This document shows, piece by piece, positions 57,766 to 64,000 of a stretch of 64,000 bases of DNA. The notes below the pieces were generated by a model that was given only the letters and a program-made list of their open reading frames with translations, ran no database searches and was not told where the DNA came from. Source of the stretch: Candidatus Babeliales bacterium (lineage in GTDB: Bacteria > Babelota > Babeliae > Babelales > JANWKD01); NCBI GenBank assembly GCA_963722075.1, contig CAVRJM010000001.1, positions 981,898 to 1,045,897 on the forward strand, given 5' to 3'. The position numbers and the translations under genes are program-made. The first letter of the stretch is position 1. Each line of letters begins with the position of its first letter.

Positions 57766-58515
57766 ATGAGAATCATTGCATTCTTAAATCAAAAAGGCGG
57801 TGTAGGAAAAACAACTACTACTGCTAATGTAGGAGCAGGGCTTGCCCAACTTAAAAAAAAAGTTTTGCTTATTGATCTAGATGCGCAGGCAAGCCTTACC
57901 CATTCGTTTGGCATTGAGCCGCATGAACTTTCGGTAACGATACATGATTTTTTAAAAAAGAAATGTCTTTTTGAAGAAGCGGCATTACAAAAAAATAATA
58001 TCGCCATTATTCCTGCGTCTATTAGCCTTTCAGCTTTTGAAAAAGAATGTTCCCAACTACTTGATAAAGAATTCATTATCAAAAAAGCATTAAAATCTAT
58101 TACTAAATTTGATTATATATTATTAGATTGCCCACCCAGCCTTGGATTATTAACCATTAATGCTTTGGCTGCAGCACAAGAAGTAATTATTCCCGTACAA
58201 ACTGAGTTTTTAGCGCTGCAAGGATTGAGTCAACTCCTTGATACCATTGCGGTAATACAGCACAAAATAAATCCGAAATTACAAATCAGCGGTATTTTAG
58301 GAACGCGCTTTAATCGAAGAAAAATGCATCACGATGTTGTAGAGTTTTTGCAAATTCATTTTAGAGAAAAAGTTTTTAATACCGTTATTCGAGAAAATAT
58401 TGCATTAGCTGAAGCACCTAGTTTTGGTAAAACCATTTACGAGCATAATCAATATTCTAATGGCGCAAAAGATTATAAAACATTATGTAAAGAAATTATT
58501 AAACAAGAAAGATGA
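57766..58515 (+). CDS. parA: ParA/Soj-type partition ATPase
   Basis: Deviant Walker A NQKGGVGKTTTT and DLDAQASLT. About 250 aa. Start set at the ATG after AAGGAG (the track starts upstream at 57685). Confidence 0.9.
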   Translation: MRIIAFLNQKGGVGKTTTTANVGAGLAQLKKKVLLIDLDAQASLTHSFGIEPHELSVTIHDFLKKKCLFEEAALQKNNIAIIPASISLSAFEKECSQLLDKEFIIKKALKSITKFDYILLDCPPSLGLLTINALAAAQEVIIPVQTEFLALQGLSQLLDTIAVIQHKINPKLQISGILGTRFNRRKMHHDVVEFLQIHFREKVFNTVIRENIALAEAPSFGKTIYEHNQYSNGAKDYKTLCKEIIKQER

Positions 58516-58532
58516 CTTTTATGATGTTATTA

Positions 58533-58637
58533 ATGGATCACCACGTCGCATTCGCTCCTCGTGATGACGTATCCTTATGTCATTCCGAGCGTAGCGTGGG
58601 AATTCATTCATAAAATAAAAATCAAAATTATAATCGT
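58533..58637. repeat. Two GC-rich repeat units between parA and the RHH gene
   Basis: atggatcaccacgtcgcattcgctcctcgtgatgacg, then gtcattccgagcgtagcgtgggaattcattcataaaataaaaatcaaaatt. Confidence 0.75.
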
Positions 58638-58657
58638 GATCACAAAAAGGATATCTT

Positions 58658-58957
58658 ATGAAAAAAGGATTAGGAAGCATCCCAAAAGGACTTGCTTGGA
58701 TTACTAATAGTGAATCAAAAAATAAAAATGCAACTTCAAAAAATATCAAACCGGTTGAGCCGGTTAAAACATCACAACAAGGGCTTCCCAATGGATGGAC
58801 ACGCGCAACGTTTATTATTCAAGAAGAACATGCCTCAAAATTAAAAGCCCTTGCCTATTGGGATCGGTTAACCGTAAAAGAATTAATGGATGAAGCATTA
58901 ACTAATTTTTTAAAAAAGAAGCGAATTAAGGCGATACCAAAAGGAAAAGTGTCATAA
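58658..58957 (+). CDS. Ribbon-helix-helix protein with ParB-like N-terminal peptide (putative ParA partner)
   Basis: The C-terminal RATFIIQEEHASKLKALAYWDRLTVKELMDEALTNFLKK fits a strand-helix-helix layout. The N-terminus MKKGLGSIPKGLAWI resembles the ParB KGLGKGLxAL peptide. SD AAAGGA. Confidence 0.6.
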   Translation: MKKGLGSIPKGLAWITNSESKNKNATSKNIKPVEPVKTSQQGLPNGWTRATFIIQEEHASKLKALAYWDRLTVKELMDEALTNFLKKKRIKAIPKGKVS

Positions 58958-58986
58958 ATGGATCACCACGTAAACTCGTGATGACG
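58958..58986. repeat. GC-rich hairpin repeat unit
   Basis: atggatcaccacgtaaactcgtgatgacg. Same unit as 58533-58569. Confidence 0.7.
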
Positions 58987-59077
58987 TTCATGTTTTCATT
59001 TAATAAAATCGCGCTATAATAAGGCGTACAGTGTCGTGTTCCTTAAGCATTACATACAACATTGTTAAGGAGAACAT

Positions 59078-59437
59078 ATGAAAAAACTCACCTTATTAAC
59101 ACTCAGCTTACTTACTTCAGCTGCATATGCAGATGTATTAGTTAAAATGACCTACACAAAAGATGGTCATGAAATGTCAACTGAATTTGTTCATATAGCA
59201 TCTGAAAATCCAATGGCTCTTTTTCAATTTGGGGAATCAGTTGGCGATCAAACAATAATTGATCAAACATTCAAAGTAGTGCTTAAAGAAGAAAATCCTA
59301 ACGTTGAACTGGAAATATATTCAGTGACCGCAGAAGGTGAATCATTAGTTATGCAACCAGTTATAAGTAATGGCGGCTCGATTACCCTCGGAAATGGCGA
59401 TGAAGTAGTTACCGTATCAGTAAAGCCAATTGAATAA
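59078..59437 (+). CDS. Small secreted protein of unknown function
   Basis: 119 aa with SD AAGGAG and a signal peptide ending AYA. Confidence 0.6.
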   Translation: MKKLTLLTLSLLTSAAYADVLVKMTYTKDGHEMSTEFVHIASENPMALFQFGESVGDQTIIDQTFKVVLKEENPNVELEIYSVTAEGESLVMQPVISNGGSITLGNGDEVVTVSVKPIE

Positions 59438-59484
59438 ATAAATTAGTAAATAGATAATTAATGTATGTTTAAGGAACGCGGCAC

Positions 59485-60996
59485 TTAATAAGAAATCCCC
59501 ACCTTACCCCATACACCCCAATTTGATAACGCAGAGCTATATTGCGAAGCTTCTATGAATGCACCCACACCAGCCAACACTGCAAATGATTCAGTTGCGT
59601 ATATATAACCCACTGAAATATGTCCGCGATGTGCCAACGCACCACGCGCTGCTCCTGAATCAATATCAAGATCTTCTACGCGAATTGGAACAAAAATCTG
59701 CTCGCCTCTGAAATTAACATCATTAGGAGCTTGTTCTTGAATGGTACTGCGACTTGCCGTAGCTGGTATTGCACTGGTGGTTGATAAGAATCCAACACCT
59801 GCGATGCCAAAGTCAGCAGGAAAACAATCGGCAAATTTAAGTTGTTCACGTCCACGAGCCCATAACCCATAGCCAACTTCTACTTGTACGTTTGATAGCT
59901 CCCAATCAAAACCAGTATATAAATCAAGCATATTATATGGCCGTGCTCGTACTCGACGCGTTAAAATATTCATCGCTGGAATATTCAACCCACCCTCTTT
60001 ATTATTAAGCAATAAATAACGGCTCCACGGGCGATCGATTAAATCAAAAGTACGCTTTTGATGGTTTCTAAAAAAATAGATGTTTTCAAAATAAGCAAAA
60101 AATGAAAAAAGTTGGCATTCAGGATCACATAATAATGGGAGTTTAAACGTGACGCCACTGCCAAAACCAAAATGACCATTATTACCAAGAAATGGATTAA
60201 AGACAAATTCCTGATTCGCTGAACCACGCAACGGAATCACCAGCATTGAGTACATACCAATTTGAAAATAATCACGATTTAATAAATTGGTTCCTAATTT
60301 GAAATCAACTTCAGCGAGTCCATTTTTTTTCTTTTTGCCATCAAACTTTTGAAAAAGATAGGCGGGGTTTGATAATGCTTCAAGCGCATCAGTAGGAAAC
60401 GTGGTACCCGGATTAATCGGCGGCGTTTGAGTAGGGGTTACCTTATTTTCTATCATCTGATAAGGAAGTGCCACGCCAACCCAAAAACTATCTAAGCATT
60501 CATACCCAAAGCAATTACCAAGTGGCATCATTGCCTCAATCCATAAACCAAATTGTTTTTGCCGTGGGTGCACCGAAAACGTGCCCGCAAAATTGCTTGG
60601 TAATCCCAACCATTCAGCGCGTACATCACGGCTATAGGGATTATTTGCAACAACCGCATCGCCTTTTATTAAAAGATTATGTTGATCATTAAATAAAAAA
60701 TAATGTGCTAAATCACGATCATGAGCTGATTGCTGGTATATTGGAATAATTTGTAATGCTAAGGATTGACACGTATTAAAAACAAACTCTTGCCAGAGCG
60801 GTTTTTGTGCGCCAATATTGCGGTAAACGGGACGCGACCAGAAGAAAGTACGGTCAGTTAGACAACTTACATGGCAATAACCAAATACTTCATTACACAT
60901 CACATTTACGCGATCCGGAACAGCAGAGTAGTTATTAAAATCAATGCTGTATAAAGGCATTACCACCATGCAGACAAGCAATAAAATTTTTTTCAT
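59485..60996 (-). CDS. Outer-membrane beta-barrel protein, family copy 2
   Basis: C-terminal WGVWGKVGISY, shared central blocks (RTFDLIDRPWSRYLL versus RSFDLKYRPWSRYLL) and NNGHFGFG versus HNHHVGF. Start set at the internal ATG (MKKILLL); the track start 61026 is possible. Confidence 0.7.
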   Translation of the reverse strand: MKKILLLVCMVVMPLYSIDFNNYSAVPDRVNVMCNEVFGYCHVSCLTDRTFFWSRPVYRNIGAQKPLWQEFVFNTCQSLALQIIPIYQQSAHDRDLAHYFLFNDQHNLLIKGDAVVANNPYSRDVRAEWLGLPSNFAGTFSVHPRQKQFGLWIEAMMPLGNCFGYECLDSFWVGVALPYQMIENKVTPTQTPPINPGTTFPTDALEALSNPAYLFQKFDGKKKKNGLAEVDFKLGTNLLNRDYFQIGMYSMLVIPLRGSANQEFVFNPFLGNNGHFGFGSGVTFKLPLLCDPECQLFSFFAYFENIYFFRNHQKRTFDLIDRPWSRYLLLNNKEGGLNIPAMNILTRRVRARPYNMLDLYTGFDWELSNVQVEVGYGLWARGREQLKFADCFPADFGIAGVGFLSTTSAIPATASRSTIQEQAPNDVNFRGEQIFVPIRVEDLDIDSGAARGALAHRGHISVGYIYATESFAVLAGVGAFIEASQYSSALSNWGVWGKVGISY

Positions 60997-61130
60997 TCTT
61001 GTGTTTCCTTTTTTGGTATCTTTCATAGGATAGGATAGCTACGTAAGAAAAACAAGGTACCTTTTTTTAATAAAATCTTGCAAATGATTTTCTTATTATT
61101 TTAGTATTGGGTTCATGAAATAGATAAATC

Positions 61131-61188
61131 GGAATGACAATTTGCTACCTATCGTCATCCCGAGGAACAAAGTGACGTGGGGATCTAG
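61131..61188. repeat. GGATCC-type repeat inserted in the 5' region of 61212..62801
   Basis: ggaatgac...cgtcatcccgaggaacaaagtgacgtggggatctag. Absent from the otherwise homologous upstream region of the paralogue at 63020. Confidence 0.75.
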
Positions 61189-61211
61189 TCCTTATAAAAC
61201 GGAGAAAAAAT

Positions 61212-62801
61212 ATGTTGTTATATCTTTTAACACTTTTCTTATTTCTATCCCATTCTTGTTTTGCCGATATGCAAAGGGAATTAACTAACCTTAAAGGAAA
61301 ATTAAACAATTTGTTATATGGTTTGCAGCCGTCTGCACCACTACCCACTCGCCTACCAACACCTACCTCGACATACCAACCACAACAACAAGTGCCAATC
61401 AGCGCTCGTATGGTAACGCCAACACCAATACAAGATCGCATATTAAATATTCAAAGGCGCCAACAGCAACCAATAAACTTTGGTGATATTTCTGATGAAA
61501 TATTACGCCGTGAAATGATTCTTATTGGATCGTCATGGAACTCTTCTGCAGCTCATTTACCCGCTTTTGAAAATGCCGTACAAGCTTTTTTAACATTTAT
61601 TCAATCAGATCAAGCAAAAAATATTCGCGCTGAGCCCCAACAATTTGTAGAAGTGGTAAATCAATTTCACAAGCTTTTTAACCCAACAGATGTTCAATAC
61701 CTCAAAGTACATCTTCAAACGATAACTGATTATGCTAAAAACCATACTGTAAGTAATCATGACAAGCAAATTGTATATAATTTTCTAACACTTATTTCAA
61801 ACATTTTGAATATTATTGCTGAAGAAGTTCTTTCTTATCGTGAAGACATTCTTATTCCTGAAGACCGAACAAAAAATATTTTTTGGGATTCAACACCATC
61901 AAATATATTTCAATTACCTGGTCATCAAGGTTACCCTCATGTACAAGGTTGGTGGTCAGAATTCATTGGAAAACCCTTAAGAGAACAAGCGCTTCATTAT
62001 AAACAAGGAGTACGCTATCCCGATGCCTTAAATATGGGTTATCTTGATCGCGCAATTCATGCGTTTATTCCAAAACCCGCACCACAACCAACCGTTACTC
62101 AGCCAACTCCACAACCTACGCCAACAACCATGCAACCAGTGCCTCAACAAGCCAGTTCACAACCAACAAGAACCTATCCTCTACGAGAGTTAGCTGAAAA
62201 ATATAAATACATTGACGAAGAATTAGTAGATATTAGTAACGATGACGTACAAATAGTTGCCGCCTCATATTTATATCCTTTTAGTCACAATATCATACAG
62301 CATCTTTCTCTTTTTGAACGGGCATTAGATAACTTTAGAAATTACTTAGTAACTCAACAAGGCGAAACAATTAACGAACCCGAGAGATTTGTTGAATTAG
62401 TAAGAGAGTTTAGAGATTTTTTTGGTACTGATAAAATAGAAGTGGTAAAACAAGCGCTGGATCATTTGATAAAAATGCCGTCTAGGTCTTTTTCCCCTGA
62501 AGACAAAGCAATTCTTCATAATTATTTGGATGATCTTTCTTACTTATTAAATCAAGTTTATGAAATTGCTAGTCAATTTGAACAAGATAATCAACGGCTA
62601 TTACATTCAGTTAAATGGGAAGGCGACGAATTTTCTGTTATGGCCCCAGGCGCACGTGATGCATATTTTTGGTTCAATAGCGGTATTGCTCAGCCATTAT
62701 ATGATGATGCAAAAGCGCGAGAAAATCCACGTGCTTCGCCAGCAGGCACCCCACTAAACAGCTACTATCTTTTTGATGCAATTAGACACTTTAAACAATA
62801 A
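61212..62801 (+). CDS. Secreted modular protein with P/Q-rich linkers (two ~200-aa internal repeats)
   Basis: Signal peptide, LxxLKxxLxxLxxxLxP motif and PQPT-type linkers. Two homologous modules (AFENAVQAFLTF..EPQQFVEVVNQFHKLF and LFERALDNFRNY..EPERFVELVREFRDFF). Confidence 0.7.
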   Translation: MLLYLLTLFLFLSHSCFADMQRELTNLKGKLNNLLYGLQPSAPLPTRLPTPTSTYQPQQQVPISARMVTPTPIQDRILNIQRRQQQPINFGDISDEILRREMILIGSSWNSSAAHLPAFENAVQAFLTFIQSDQAKNIRAEPQQFVEVVNQFHKLFNPTDVQYLKVHLQTITDYAKNHTVSNHDKQIVYNFLTLISNILNIIAEEVLSYREDILIPEDRTKNIFWDSTPSNIFQLPGHQGYPHVQGWWSEFIGKPLREQALHYKQGVRYPDALNMGYLDRAIHAFIPKPAPQPTVTQPTPQPTPTTMQPVPQQASSQPTRTYPLRELAEKYKYIDEELVDISNDDVQIVAASYLYPFSHNIIQHLSLFERALDNFRNYLVTQQGETINEPERFVELVREFRDFFGTDKIEVVKQALDHLIKMPSRSFSPEDKAILHNYLDDLSYLLNQVYEIASQFEQDNQRLLHSVKWEGDEFSVMAPGARDAYFWFNSGIAQPLYDDAKARENPRASPAGTPLNSYYLFDAIRHFKQ

Positions 62802-62815
62802 TCGTATTATTTTAA

Positions 62816-62850
62816 AAAGGGATGCAGTAGGCATCCCTTTTATTTTTTTA
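62816..62850 (+). terminator. Rho-independent terminator
   Basis: aaagggatgc / gcatcccttt stem with loop agtag, followed by a T-rich tail. Confidence 0.8.
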
Positions 62851-63019
62851 TTACTTCTTCTACGCTCTTATTTTCATAAATAATACCATGCATCGCTTGC
62901 GTTAATGTGCTTCTTGTAAACAAGGTACCTTTTTTTAATAAAATCTTGCAAACGCTTTCCTTATTATTATAAAAAATAAAATGATTGATTCCAATACTCT
63001 AATCCGTACGGAGAAAAAA

Positions 63020-64000
63020 ATGGCCATTTATTTTTTATTAATTTTCTTATTTCTATCCCATTCTTGTTTTGCCGATATACAAGGGGAATTAACTAATCTA
63101 AAAGGAAAATTAAACGATCTATTATATGGATTGCAGCCATCAGCACCTTCTTACCAACCATCATACCAGCCGCCATCATATAAACAACCACAACCAACGC
63201 CAACCGGTCGTCTAATGACGCCGACACCATTAAAAGATAGCATCATTGATATGTATACTGTGGTAAAAAAGACCCCAATCAGCAGGCTTAATCATATTCC
63301 AAAAATATACCCATTAATGACGAAAATATATTTAGAATGGCTTGCATTATTTGATGGCTTAGACGCTTTTGATTCTGCCTTAAATGATTTCTCAAACTTT
63401 ATAAAATCAGGCAAATTAAAAGGAACGATTACTGAACCACAAAAATTTGTTACGTTAGCTGATGCTTTAGATGCTTTTTTTAATGAAGAAAGAATTAAAA
63501 AATTAAAAAAAAGTATCATTGATTTAATAAAGACTTACCAAGCGAACCCTTCGCAAGTTGATTCAGAAAGCAAAAATCTCATCATTAGTTTTTTTAAACG
63601 AATTTCAACAATATATAATACGCTTGCCGAAAAAACATCAGAAATCTATGACGATTTGGCTAAGTTTTCAAAAACATTACCAGTAGATATCATTTGGACG
63701 GGAGAAGAAATAGCACAAGGCAAAACACGTACTATGCAACATTGGTTTAATGGATATATTAATATGCCTATGACTTATAAAGCAATGGCATATAATCCAT
63801 CAAAAGGAATTACTGAATCGCATTATTTAAATGCAGGATATATTCGTAATGCAATTCAAGCATTCGAAGGACATACGGTAACTTTGCCCGGCATACAACA
63901 GCCAGCTCCTCAACCAACCGCTCAACCACAACCAACTCCGCAACCCATGCCCTCACCAGTGCAACCTGTTACTCAACCAGCGCCGCAACCTACGCCAACG
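63020..64000 (+). CDS. Secreted modular protein, paralogue of 61212..62801 (3' end outside window)
   Basis: By my reading this frame is open from ATG 63020 to the window end (327 codons), and it is not in the ORF track. The first ~45 codons are nearly identical to 61212. Same module (LDAFDSALNDFSNF..EPQKFVTLADALDAFF) and PQPT linker. Confidence 0.75.
   Translation, partial: MAIYFLLIFLFLSHSCFADIQGELTNLKGKLNDLLYGLQPSAPSYQPSYQPPSYKQPQPTPTGRLMTPTPLKDSIIDMYTVVKKTPISRLNHIPKIYPLMTKIYLEWLALFDGLDAFDSALNDFSNFIKSGKLKGTITEPQKFVTLADALDAFFNEERIKKLKKSIIDLIKTYQANPSQVDSESKNLIISFFKRISTIYNTLAEKTSEIYDDLAKFSKTLPVDIIWTGEEIAQGKTRTMQHWFNGYINMPMTYKAMAYNPSKGITESHYLNAGYIRNAIQAFEGHTVTLPGIQQPAPQPTAQPQPTPQPMPSPVQPVTQPAPQPTPT

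Noticed and set aside
63292-63519. ORF 63292..63519(-)
   Set aside because: It is antisense to the long plus-strand ORF that is open from 63020 to the window end and is homologous to 61212..62801.

Overview
AT-rich bacterial chromosomal segment with about 60 protein genes and no rRNA, tRNA or CRISPR array that I could recognise. Housekeeping genes recognisable from their motifs: trxA, rsmE, gmd, hisS, cdsA, galE, secA, ftsQ-ftsA, ftsZ, groES-groEL, parA. Diderm envelope genes: BamD-like lipoprotein, TamB-like protein, GspE/PilB ATPase plus a prepilin-type protein, and a family of beta-barrel OMPs. The rest is mostly signal-peptide proteins of unknown function and eukaryote-like proteins: WD40, two ankyrin-repeat proteins, a PPP-family Ser/Thr phosphatase, a STELLO/DUF288-like glycosyltransferase and an RPE65/CCD homologue. 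This mix suggests an obligate host-associated (amoeba/protist-associated) diderm, possibly Dependentiae/TM6-like; that placement is inference only. Most notable points: (1) a 17-residue motif LxxLKxxLxxLxxxLxP directly after the signal peptide of five secreted proteins; (2) a duplicated, covarying structured RNA leader with its own promoter upstream of two highly diverged paralogous genes; (3) a carotenoid-oxygenase homologue in which all four iron-binding His are replaced; (4) parA followed by a 99-aa ribbon-helix-helix protein with a ParB-like N-terminal peptide instead of a normal ParB; (5) a glycan island with two GtrB-like GT2 / polytopic-membrane-protein pairs; (6) a family of GC-rich palindromic MITE/REP-like repeats in most larger intergenic regions, including a filled versus empty site pair; (7) an IS630-family element that truncated an OMP paralogue; (8) ftsA and ftsZ separated by two opposite-strand genes; (9) an AbrB-type antitoxin/Doc toxin cassette bracketed by hairpin repeats. 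All coordinates for non-ORF features were read by eye and may be off by a few bases.
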